54,187 nt of DNA, from the IMG/VR virus record IMGVR_UViG_2821091796_000001, positions 64,001 through 118,187 of that record, one strand, 5' to 3'. Made by a program: the position numbers and the translations under genes. The first letter of the stretch is position 1. Each line of letters opens with the position of its first letter. The notes under the pieces were generated by a model. The model was given only the letters and a program-made list of their open reading frames with translations, was not told where the DNA came from and searched no databases. Shown here in pieces: positions 17,704-25,425 of the stretch. The stretch comes from a virus. Its lineage: Duplodnaviria > Heunggongvirae > Uroviricota > Caudoviricetes.

Positions 17704-18795
17704 ATGGAAACCAAAGATATCATCAAGGAATTTGACCTCGAATATCTCTTCGAGGTCGAAAGCCTGCCATACAAAAAGGCGAGAGGGCGCTCTGGCATGC
17801 AGATCAACGCCAAGCATTGTCCTGCGTGCGGCGACTCCCGCTGGCGTGTCTATCTCAATGCCGATTCAGGCGTGGGAAACTGCTTTGTGTGCAACAAGAC
17901 ATACACCAAGCTTTCTTTCATCCATGAGCATCTGGGTCACGGTGACAAGGAATGGGGTGCAACGTTCAAAGCCTGCAAGGATATGCTCAAAGACATGGGT
18001 TATCGACCGCGGCGCACGATCACGGCGGCGGTTATTGATACGCCGACCGTTAAGCTTCCATATTCCTTTGCACTACCTACCGACGAAGGAGAGAACCTTC
18101 AATATCTTGAGCAGCGCGGTATCGACGCTTCAATGGGGAAATATTTTCACCTGCGCTTCTGCGAATACGGCTTTTGGCAATATGTGAACGAAGACGGCGA
18201 GAAAGTAATGCAGCGGTTTGACAACCGCGTGATCATTCCAGTCTATGACATAGAAGGAGATCTCGTCACGTTTCAAGGTCGTGCAATCACGACGGATAGC
18301 GAGAAGAAGTATCTCTTTCCCGCCACACTTCCAGGCACCGGCCGCTACCTGTTCAATGGACAAAACGTTCTTGCTACAAGTGAAGCCGCTATGGGCGAGG
18401 GTGCTTTCGACGTTGTTGCCATGAAGATGGCGTTTGATGATGACAATGCGCTTCGTCATGTCGTGCCGATTGGGTCCTTCGGCAAAAACCTGTCCTACGG
18501 AACACTCGACGGCAATGATCAACTCGGTGCGCTCGTTAAGCTAAAGGCGAGGGGACTTAAGCGGTTGACCATAATGTGGGACGGCGAGCACAAAGCCCTA
18601 ATGTCGGCGTTGAATGCTGCAAAGCTGGTCTCCGGTATCGGTCTCCAGGCGCGCATCGCACTGCTACCACTTGGCAAGGATCCGAATGAAGTGCTGCCGG
18701 AAGTGGTGCGACGCGCATACTTTGAGGCAGTCAACTGGTCGCCAGCGCTCGATATCAAATGGCGCCTTCGAAGTCCCTACCCGGTAAAGTCATAA
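17704..18795 (+). CDS. DNA primase (Zn finger + TOPRIM)
   Basis: CPACG...CFVC zinc finger; GEGAFD and WDGE TOPRIM motifs; KDPNE. Confidence 0.88.
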   Translation: METKDIIKEFDLEYLFEVESLPYKKARGRSGMQINAKHCPACGDSRWRVYLNADSGVGNCFVCNKTYTKLSFIHEHLGHGDKEWGATFKACKDMLKDMGYRPRRTITAAVIDTPTVKLPYSFALPTDEGENLQYLEQRGIDASMGKYFHLRFCEYGFWQYVNEDGEKVMQRFDNRVIIPVYDIEGDLVTFQGRAITTDSEKKYLFPATLPGTGRYLFNGQNVLATSEAAMGEGAFDVVAMKMAFDDDNALRHVVPIGSFGKNLSYGTLDGNDQLGALVKLKARGLKRLTIMWDGEHKALMSALNAAKLVSGIGLQARIALLPLGKDPNEVLPEVVRRAYFEAVNWSPALDIKWRLRSPYPVKS

Positions 18796-18815
18796 ATCAA
18801 TCATTATTGACTTAC
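18796..18815. promoter_or_regulatory. Palindromic operator copy 7
   Basis: ATCAATCATTATTGACTTAC. Confidence 0.85.
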
Positions 18816-18840
18816 TTTCCTATTCAGAACTTGCTATAAA
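18814..18840 (+). promoter_or_regulatory. Phage-type promoter (upstream of WGR gene)
   Basis: ACTTTCC-N12-GCTATAAA. Confidence 0.55.
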
Positions 18841-18871
18841 CGAAACAACACAGAACACAGAGAGAAACAGA

Positions 18872-19408
18872 ATGTCGGTATATCCTATCGATCTTAAGCG
18901 AGTATCGCTCGACCACATGGGCGGCACAAAAAGCTATCATTTCATCCTCGCGATGAATGCAAAAGGTCAATCAATATTGATTAGACGTTGGGGCAAGGTC
19001 AAATCCGAGGGTCAATATAGATTTGAGAAGTTCGCCGATCGTGCAAACGCAGAAAGAGCATTCGGCAAAGCAATGGATGAGCGTGAGCGCAAAGGTTATG
19101 CAGTCGTCAGCCAGAGCGAAACATTCGCCGCTGACAAGGATTCCAACATGACTGCCTTCGGGCGCATGGTGTGGGCCAAGCTTCCTGGCGATGTTGTCAA
19201 TTTTCTCGATCCGGCAATTGACGTGACTGGTCGCAAAGCTGCGCCGGTCAATACGATGGATGAAGACTTCAATCGCCTGCCGGAACAGCCACGTGGCATG
19301 ACTTACACGTCAGAGCAGATTGCAGCGGCCGAGGAAGAGCGCAAAGCCGAAATCGAGCGTCAGAAGCAGTCCAAATACTCAGCGAACCCGAACTTCGGGA
19401 GATTCTGA
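18872..19408 (+). CDS. WGR-domain protein
   Basis: YHFIL...LIRRWGKVKSEGQ...A...F..AM.ERERKGY WGR pattern; ends PNFGRF. Confidence 0.7.
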   Translation: MSVYPIDLKRVSLDHMGGTKSYHFILAMNAKGQSILIRRWGKVKSEGQYRFEKFADRANAERAFGKAMDERERKGYAVVSQSETFAADKDSNMTAFGRMVWAKLPGDVVNFLDPAIDVTGRKAAPVNTMDEDFNRLPEQPRGMTYTSEQIAAAEEERKAEIERQKQSKYSANPNFGRF

Positions 19409-19743
19409 TGGGCGACATTTCCGATGATATGCGCCTTCACGCCGAGAGTGTGCGACACGACGAAGCCTGCCTCGAGGCCGTTCGGTCTCTTCGAAAAGAA
19501 CTCAAGGTGCTTCTGCGCATAGATCATGCCGAGAACAACGCCATCTTTCGCGACAATAGGGCCAACCTGCTGAAATCTCGCGACGACCTCGACATTCTCG
19601 AAGCAATTGCGAACGAGACAGGTCGGGTCGACGCAAACATACGCATCATCGTTCGACGCGCGAGACGCAAAAAGACTGCGTCAGCGGAAACCGTGCGCTC
19701 AGAGCGCTATCGCAACTCCAATCCAAATTACGGGAGGTTCTAA
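19408..19743 (+). CDS. Hypothetical protein ending PNYGRF
   Basis: TGATG coupling; GGGAG RBS. Confidence 0.65.
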   Translation: MGDISDDMRLHAESVRHDEACLEAVRSLRKELKVLLRIDHAENNAIFRDNRANLLKSRDDLDILEAIANETGRVDANIRIIVRRARRKKTASAETVRSERYRNSNPNYGRF

Positions 19744-20282
19744 TGTCGGGTTCAGTTCTCACATTCAAACGCACCAACCAGGCCAAATTCAACTGCCCGA
19801 TCTTTGGTGTGGAAACGAGGGTCGCCGCCTGCATGCAACTTCGCGATCGGGTCTGGGCTGGCTTCAAGCCTCCGGTTCGCAAGGGCTGCCAAGCATGTAT
19901 GTCGGCCGGCAAATGTCCGATGGCAAAGCTGGTAGATAAAATGATTTACGGCAAACACGACAAGAATGCGCCAGAGCCCTACGCCTCGACCGAGCCGAAG
20001 ACTGTTCGCCTGCGCGACGATCTTCTTGAGCGCGTCCTCCCAATTATCGTGCGCGATGGAACGATGAACAACTTTGGTGTGCCGGCCAAAGAACGCGCTC
20101 TGATTGAGACGGCAAACGAGCGCATCCGCAAACAGATGCAGCATGCGCCAAGCGCTATCAGCGATACCTCTGTTACCCGTCGCAGAACAACCCTGAAACC
20201 GTCACCGGCTTCCGAACCAGCCAATGACGATCTTATCGATGCAGCTTCGTCCGGAGACATGGCTGCGGCTCTCAACGCGTGA
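19743..20282 (+). CDS. Hypothetical Cys-rich (possible metal-binding) protein
   Basis: TAATG coupling; CPIFG..C, CQAC...KCP; ends AASSGDMAAALNA. Confidence 0.65.
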   Translation: MSGSVLTFKRTNQAKFNCPIFGVETRVAACMQLRDRVWAGFKPPVRKGCQACMSAGKCPMAKLVDKMIYGKHDKNAPEPYASTEPKTVRLRDDLLERVLPIIVRDGTMNNFGVPAKERALIETANERIRKQMQHAPSAISDTSVTRRRTTLKPSPASEPANDDLIDAASSGDMAAALNA

Positions 20283-20295
20283 AAGGCGTCTAAAA

Positions 20296-21789
20296 ATGAA
20301 TGACGGATTCCAAGCATATACACTGATCAATTTGATTGCCAATACACCAGGGCGGCTCGAGAAAGAGCGTCTGGTTGGCGAGCTCGCTAAGCTCGAAATT
20401 GGACAGTTCGTTCTTAAATGGGCCTATGATCCATTCATCACGTTCGGCGTATCCTGCCCGAACCCTGATGTATTCGGCAAAATGTCGTTTAAACCAAGTA
20501 TCGTGGAGCGCATCCTCAATAAGCTCGCCTCGCGTGAATTGACGGGCCATGCTGCGCAGCGCGAGATTGCCGAGATCATGGAGTATCTCGATGAGGCCGG
20601 CGCAAAGATGTTCTACTGGATCTTGTCGAAGGATCTTAAGGCTGGCATTTCCACCACGACGATCAATTCAGTCATCCCCGGCCTGATACCGGTCTTTGCC
20701 GTTCAACGTGCGCATCCTTATGAGGAAAAGAAGGTCAAGAAGTGGCCCGTTGTTGGTGAACCAAAGCTCGATGGAATGCGAGTGACGTTCCGGGCCCGAG
20801 AAGGTCATGGTGGTTTCTTTTCACGATCCGGCAAGCGCTTTCCCGCTCTCGACTTTCTGGTCGAGCCTGTCATCCAAACTGCGTTAAAGGTGCTCGCCAC
20901 GAGCAACAATGAAGCTCTCCGCTTTACGCTCAGCACGCGGCCTGGAGATCTTGCCAGAAATGCGCGTGAAGATTTGAATTTCATGCTCGACGGAGAAGTC
21001 ATGACTGGTCTCTTCAATACTACTGGATCCGTTCGTCGCAAGTCGGAACAGGCCGAGGGAGCTGAAATTCATCTGTTCGATCTACTGTCCGGCGCAGACT
21101 TCGACGCAATCGGCAATTCTGGTCCCGAGTGGAATGTTCGGCGCAAGATGGTTGAGGAGTTTCATCGCACAGCTCGCGAAGCTGGTATTGATGCGATCCA
21201 AATCCTTCCGCGTTACTTTCTGAATAACGATGCTCAGGTTCAGGAGTTCTACGATAAGTTCTCCAATCGCTCGCTTGCGTCCTATTTGGCGCGAGGCAAC
21301 GCAGAACGTGAGGCGGAACTCGTTCCCCTGACGATGGATAATGCGACCGGCCGACCGAAAACCCTTGAAGGGATGATCGTCAAGCATACGGACGCCCAGT
21401 ATGAGAAGCGCAAGTCTTACACCTGGATGAAACTTAAAGGTGAGGAGACAGAGGATCTTAAAATTATCGGCGCTTATCCGGGCGAGCCCGATACGAAATA
21501 CGAGCATTGTCTGGGAGGTCTGTCGGTTAATAGATCCGGGGTTAAAGTGGATGTCGGCGGTGGTTTCACCGACGCAGAGCGCGAAGAAATTTGGAAGCTT
21601 TACATGGAAGATCAAGCGGCTGCGCTCGCAGGCGACATGACAATTGCCATCAGCGGCGGCTGGAAGCTTCTTGGCCGTCTCATTGAGGTCAAGTTTCATG
21701 AGGTCACGCCCGATGGATCCCTTCGTCATCCAGTATTCAAATGCTTCCGTGACGACAAAGACGGCGAAGTCGAAAAGGTGGCGGCTTGA
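20296..21789 (+). CDS. ATP-dependent DNA ligase
   Basis: EPKLDGMR (KxDGxR), LDGEVM, EGMIVKH, WMKLK, SLRHPVF motifs; start at ATG 20296. Confidence 0.92.
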   Translation: MNDGFQAYTLINLIANTPGRLEKERLVGELAKLEIGQFVLKWAYDPFITFGVSCPNPDVFGKMSFKPSIVERILNKLASRELTGHAAQREIAEIMEYLDEAGAKMFYWILSKDLKAGISTTTINSVIPGLIPVFAVQRAHPYEEKKVKKWPVVGEPKLDGMRVTFRAREGHGGFFSRSGKRFPALDFLVEPVIQTALKVLATSNNEALRFTLSTRPGDLARNAREDLNFMLDGEVMTGLFNTTGSVRRKSEQAEGAEIHLFDLLSGADFDAIGNSGPEWNVRRKMVEEFHRTAREAGIDAIQILPRYFLNNDAQVQEFYDKFSNRSLASYLARGNAEREAELVPLTMDNATGRPKTLEGMIVKHTDAQYEKRKSYTWMKLKGEETEDLKIIGAYPGEPDTKYEHCLGGLSVNRSGVKVDVGGGFTDAEREEIWKLYMEDQAAALAGDMTIAISGGWKLLGRLIEVKFHEVTPDGSLRHPVFKCFRDDKDGEVEKVAA

Positions 21790-21841
21790 CGATAATAGAC
21801 AAACGTCGCGTGCGGTTCGCCAAATAGCGTCAAATAAATCT

Positions 21842-21867
21842 GCAGTCCCTCTTTTGCTTGCTATAAT
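21842..21867 (+). promoter_or_regulatory. Phage-type promoter of putative sRNA
   Basis: GCAGTCC-N11-GCTATAAT with no downstream credible CDS. Confidence 0.72.
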
Positions 21868-21873
21868 AGAATG

Positions 21874-21966
21874 CAGAACTTGAATCCCTGGTGACTTGGG
21901 TAAAGTTACACCTCTCTGTGTCCAAGGGCCGCTTCTCCTCCCCTTACAAGCGGCCCTTTTTTTTTT
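21874..21966 (+). ncRNA. Putative trans-acting sRNA (~93 nt) with pyrimidine-rich loops
   Basis: Own promoter; predicted hairpins 21877-21907, 21908-21921 (ACAC-CUCUCU-GUGU) and terminator 21925-21957 with CUCCUCCCCUUAC loop, then a U run; 5' end estimated. Confidence 0.68.
21925..21966 (+). terminator. Rho-independent terminator
   Basis: AGGGCCGCTT/AAGCGGCCCT 10-bp stem followed by a poly-T run. Confidence 0.85.
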
Positions 21967-21968
21967 CA

Positions 21969-23069
21969 TCAATGAGCTTTCTTGCGGCGCATGTATCTGA
22001 TGACTTCGGCCAGATCTATCTGCCCGCTTTCAATCATCCGCACATAATTTCGGAAGTATCCGCCCGGATTCTTGATTTTCATTTCACCAGACTGATCCGC
22101 GGAATAAATTTCAAGCACGACGAAGAACGCGGCCGACGCTCGCAATGGGCCAATTTTCTCCATAGCTTCGTCCCAAGCGCTCCGGTGAATCCCAATTGCA
22201 CCTCGCAAGCCCGCGGCAGCCGATAGAAGTTCTCTATCGTTGCCCACAGATTCAACGTATCCAAAGGCGTCCGGGCATGCAGCGCACAAATCAGGCAAGT
22301 TGATTTCGCTTTCATTATCTCTTTGCCGTTTGTTACAAGACTGGTCAGGAGAATCTTTGTTGTTCTCAATGAGACGGCTGTTTTTGCCGCCACAGGCGGC
22401 ATTATATCTATCTTCAAGGGTAGTTTTCAGACTTTGCCACAGAGAAAGCACAGGCTCTACGGGCTGCGACGACGTTCTACGCGGCGAAAGCGCTACTAGG
22501 CGCTCATACTCGGCTTGCAGGTCGCTCGTGTCGATACTCATCTCCAATGCACTGAGAGCATACAGCGCTTCCTGAGCAGCTCTCCTGCAGATCGTAATCT
22601 GATCAAACAAGGCCATGCGAGCCCGCTGGAACTCGCGGATAGCATCCGTGCGCGCCTGCAGTTCATCTTTCCGCGCCAAGAGAGGGGAGAGATTGAAGCC
22701 ATAAGCATCGAGAATCTGACCCTGCTTGGAGCGCACAGCAAATCGCTTTCCGTTGGCACTATCGCGCGCAAGGATCACACCGGCCCGGATCAACTCCCCA
22801 ATCGCATATCGGATAGCGCGGTCGGAGAGTCCCGTTCGATCGGATAGGAACTCGTTGGAAGGCCAGACCAGGTAAAGACCGTTGATAGGCTCGCGAAAGA
22901 ACCCGACGAGCTGTGATAGAATGGACCTGGCGGATGGGCGCAGTCCCAGGGCAATTGCTGCCAGATGCGCGCTCTCGAATAGATCCTTCTTGGTGCCGGC
23001 ATCTTCCGGCACATAGCTGTCCATTGCCGGCGCTATACGGCGCCAGCCCGAATGTCCCTCGGTTCTCAA
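21969..23069 (-). CDS. repC: Plasmid replication initiator RepC (repABC type)
   Basis: VWPSNEFL, DSANGKRF, YGFNLSPL and IKNPGGYFR motifs; TTG start with GAGGAG RBS. Confidence 0.9.
   Translation of the reverse strand: MRTEGHSGWRRIAPAMDSYVPEDAGTKKDLFESAHLAAIALGLRPSARSILSQLVGFFREPINGLYLVWPSNEFLSDRTGLSDRAIRYAIGELIRAGVILARDSANGKRFAVRSKQGQILDAYGFNLSPLLARKDELQARTDAIREFQRARMALFDQITICRRAAQEALYALSALEMSIDTSDLQAEYERLVALSPRRTSSQPVEPVLSLWQSLKTTLEDRYNAACGGKNSRLIENNKDSPDQSCNKRQRDNESEINLPDLCAACPDAFGYVESVGNDRELLSAAAGLRGAIGIHRSAWDEAMEKIGPLRASAAFFVVLEIYSADQSGEMKIKNPGGYFRNYVRMIESGQIDLAEVIRYMRRKKAH
22290..22430. other. Candidate oriV inside repC
   Basis: A/T-richer mid-gene stretch with GANTC (GAATC 22351-22355); repABC origins are known to lie within repC; boundaries approximate. 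Confidence 0.35.
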
Positions 23070-23119
23070 AGTCCCGCTCCTCGCTAAGACAAAGCTTCGC
23101 CGATCACCGGAAATCAGTG

Positions 23120-23148
23120 TTGACAGTGATTCGGAAAAGTGGGAGAAC
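23120..23148 (+). promoter_or_regulatory. ctRNA promoter
   Basis: TTGACAGTGATTCG start matches the conserved repABC ctRNA promoter, including GANTC. Confidence 0.8.
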
Positions 23149-23154
23149 CTTATT

Positions 23155-23220
23155 GTTCGGGTGGTTCGCCACTTTCTATTTCAAAGCCTCGAAGGTTCCA
23201 GCCTTCGGGGCTTTTGCTTT
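23155..23220 (+). ncRNA. repC countertranscribed RNA (ctRNA / incA-like)
   Basis: Antisense to repC leader; GTGG-TTCG-CCAC hairpin plus GCCTCGAAGG/CCTTCGGGGC terminator and T tract. Confidence 0.8.
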
Positions 23221-23226
23221 GTCAGG

Positions 23227-23427
23227 TTACATTTTCAATTCCTCATCAGCGACTTTGCGCATCGTCATACGGATTGCATCCGCGCGGGTGGTTACGCCCA
23301 ACTTTTCAGCTACCTTCTGAATGGCCTGCTCGTCTTCCGGCGATAACCAGATGGTCGCCTCGCGGAAACCCTCCTGGCGCTTCTGCCGACGAAAAATAGC
23401 CATTCTCTGCGTTTCTGATCCACTCAT
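23227..23427 (-). CDS. Small RHH / DUF3018-like DNA-binding protein upstream of repC
   Basis: RRQKRQEGFREATIWL..EDEQAIQKVAEKLGVTTRADAIR ribbon-helix-helix pattern. Confidence 0.6.
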   Translation of the reverse strand: MSGSETQRMAIFRRQKRQEGFREATIWLSPEDEQAIQKVAEKLGVTTRADAIRMTMRKVADEELKM

Positions 23428-23528
23428 GTCCGACTCGCTTGCTGTCACGTAACAAGTAGCGCCGATTCTGCTACCTGTTGCAATAGGGGTTTATTAACCA
23501 CGAACAGACTTCCGCGATTCACGAGAAA

Positions 23529-23556
23529 ATGCGGCATAAGATATATTATGGAACGA
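23529..23556. other. dif-like XerC/XerD recombination site
   Basis: ATGCGGCATAA-GATATA-TTATGGAACGA: 11-6-11 layout with CATAA/TTATG inner arms as in dif. Confidence 0.75.
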
Positions 23557-23581
23557 GCGGATTTCACAGCTTCGATAGGAG

Positions 23582-23950
23582 CTATTCAGGAAGAGCGTTT
23601 ATATCAAGCGATCGGCAACTGCTTTCTGAAGTTGATGGGCCAATCGTATTTGGAAAACTAAAAGTCAGGTTCTTGCGATTGAAGACCGCCGAGTAACCGT
23701 CATACCAGGGGCAGGTCAAATAGTCGCCATTTGCCTTGCAAGGAATCTCTCGCCCACCGCCATCGGGAAATATCCAAGTTATTGCGCCATTATCAAATCT
23801 GTAGGTCAACAGGAAGCGTTGGCCCACTTTAAAGGACAGCTCTCTCATCTGGTTGGAAACAACACGGCAAATCACGAGACCTGCTGGCTCAGCCGCTTGA
23901 GCTCCGGATACGGTAAGAGCAAATCCAACACAAAGCAGAGCTCTAAGCAT
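23582..23950 (-). CDS. Secreted 4-Cys protein, paralogue A
   Basis: Sec signal MLRALLCVGFALTVSGAQA; four Cys in mature part. Confidence 0.7.
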   Translation of the reverse strand: MLRALLCVGFALTVSGAQAAEPAGLVICRVVSNQMRELSFKVGQRFLLTYRFDNGAITWIFPDGGGREIPCKANGDYLTCPWYDGYSAVFNRKNLTFSFPNTIGPSTSESSCRSLDINALPE

Positions 23951-23964
23951 TCATCATTCACCCT

Positions 23965-24321
23965 TCAATTCTTGCTGATATCTAGGGGTTTGCAACGAAG
24001 CCTCGCGAACGCTTCTTTTGCATCCGTCGCCCAGATAAACGTATCCGTTTTGGTATCGAAAACGTTGTTGCGACCGAGCACGGGCGAAAAACACGTAATG
24101 AGATTGTCGGATCTGCTACATTGCTGTGTGATCGCAACGCCAGACTCTGAAATCCAAGTCAGGTATGGAAAGTATTTATCGACACCAATGACATACCTAG
24201 CGCCCAACTGCTCATTTGAGCCAGTTGGGGCCTTCTCTACCACGCATGATAGCAAGCCGGTTGAGGCTTGAGCCGATAAAGATAGAAGCACAAACCCCAC
24301 AACTAAGAGCGATCTCAGCAT
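23965..24321 (-). CDS. Secreted 4-Cys protein, paralogue B
   Basis: Sec signal MLRSLLVVGFVLLSLSAQA; same Cys spacing and PLDI-like C-terminus as paralogue A. Confidence 0.7.
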   Translation of the reverse strand: MLRSLLVVGFVLLSLSAQASTGLLSCVVEKAPTGSNEQLGARYVIGVDKYFPYLTWISESGVAITQQCSRSDNLITCFSPVLGRNNVFDTKTDTFIWATDAKEAFARLRCKPLDISKN

Positions 24322-24429
24322 TTTAATTTTCCCCACTTGAATCCTTATAGTCGTTATTTTGAATCCTTGGAAGTGAATGACGAATCCTTGCAACCCGTTA
24401 CAAATTGTCAGAGGAATATAGGCACGCTT

Positions 24430-24449
24430 ATAAATCATTATTGACTTAT
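24430..24449. promoter_or_regulatory. Palindromic operator copy 8 (divergent control region)
   Basis: ATAAATCATTATTGACTTAT; embeds TTGACT of a possible rightward promoter. Confidence 0.85.
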
Positions 24450-24487
24450 TTTAGTGACTGGCGCTATTTTGCCGTCGTAAACAGAGA

Positions 24488-24513
24488 ACAGCCCATTAAG
24501 AGACTGCTATAAA
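24488..24513 (+). promoter_or_regulatory. Phage-type promoter (upstream of repressor)
   Basis: ACAGCCC-N11-GCTATAAA. Confidence 0.68.
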
Positions 24514-24586
24514 TATTATTGAAAGCGACGTGTTGGTGGTGCTCACGAAGCTTCATAAGAAAGTGCCTAGAAGGGGCAAATATTCA

Positions 24587-25024
24587 ATGAAAGATGACAA
24601 GATCCGTCCTTACTCACACACGCGTGTGGTGAAGTTCCTGCAAAAGCGCATGGATGAAATCAAACACCGCAAGAGTCAGTATGATATCGCGATGGAAGCC
24701 GGCTATCATAAGCCGAATATCATTTCGATGATGAAGAACGGTGATGCCAAGGTTCCGTTGGAAAAGGTGTTTATCCTGGCAAAGGCGTTCGAAGTCGATC
24801 CCAACATTCTCTTCCGCCTGGCGCTCGAACAGAACTTCGGCCAGCAGGACACTTATGCCCTGACGCAGATGATGAACCGCACGATGACGGAAAACGAACT
24901 CGCTTGGGTTGAGAAAATCCGTGCATATACGGGCGATGCCGACCCTTCGCTCACTCAGGAGCTCGAAAGTGGTTTGGAGAAGCTGCTCGATAATGCCGAG
25001 CGGAAGACAAAGACGCCAGCCTAA
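24587..25024 (+). CDS. XRE-family HTH regulator, candidate immunity repressor
   Basis: KSQYDIAMEAGYHKPNIISMMKNGDAKVPLEKVFILAKAF HTH_XRE pattern; flanked by operators; AAGGGG RBS. Confidence 0.75.
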   Translation: MKDDKIRPYSHTRVVKFLQKRMDEIKHRKSQYDIAMEAGYHKPNIISMMKNGDAKVPLEKVFILAKAFEVDPNILFRLALEQNFGQQDTYALTQMMNRTMTENELAWVEKIRAYTGDADPSLTQELESGLEKLLDNAERKTKTPA

Positions 25025-25044
25025 AAATAATTCTGAAAACGAAT

Positions 25045-25070
25045 ACGGCGCCCTTGTGGTCGCCGTTTTC
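25045..25070 (+). terminator. Probable terminator after repressor
   Basis: ACGGCG/CGCCGT stem + TTTT. Confidence 0.5.
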
Positions 25071-25084
25071 ATGTGCCAAAGGAA

Positions 25085-25104
25085 ATAAATCAATAATGAT
25101 TGAC
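25085..25104. promoter_or_regulatory. Palindromic operator copy 9
   Basis: ATAAATCAATAATGATTGAC. Confidence 0.85.
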
Positions 25105-25161
25105 TTCCTTAACGGTGCGATACTTCTTACTACCTCCCTCAAACTTACTAAGGTCTCTGAC

Positions 25162-25374
25162 ATGTCGAATGCTTCCTCTGCTATCCGTTATCAAAATGTG
25201 ACATTTGAGAATGCCTATTACGAAATCGAAAAACTGGAAAATCACGAGCTTCGTCAACAGGGTGGAGTTGACGTTCATTCCGGGACGCATCCGGTTCACG
25301 GCAATATCCATATTATCATCCCTCCAATGGGCGACGGTCTCCTTCTATTGCCATTTGTTATCCAACGATTTTAG
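25162..25374 (+). CDS. Hypothetical 70-aa protein
   Basis: ATG 25162 with AAGGT RBS-like site, between two operators. Confidence 0.5.
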   Translation: MSNASSAIRYQNVTFENAYYEIEKLENHELRQQGGVDVHSGTHPVHGNIHIIIPPMGDGLLLLPFVIQRF

Positions 25375-25382
25375 CATTATTA

Positions 25383-25402
25383 ATCAATCAACATTGATTG
25401 AT
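25383..25402. promoter_or_regulatory. Palindromic operator copy 10
   Basis: ATCAATCAACATTGATTGAT. Confidence 0.85.
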
Positions 25403-25425
25403 ATCATAAGGACAGAGAGAACAGG

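Noticed and set aside
21786-21833. TTGACG...CGTCAA inverted repeat after ligase
   Set aside because: Short arms with 36-nt spacing; only a loosely similar palindrome at 48866, so chance cannot be excluded
21891-22226. ORF spanning the sRNA and terminator
   Set aside because: Runs through a strong terminator and antisense into repC, with no RBS
23488-23500. CtrA box near the repC operon promoter
   Set aside because: Only a half-site (TTAACC); no TTAA-N7-TTAA
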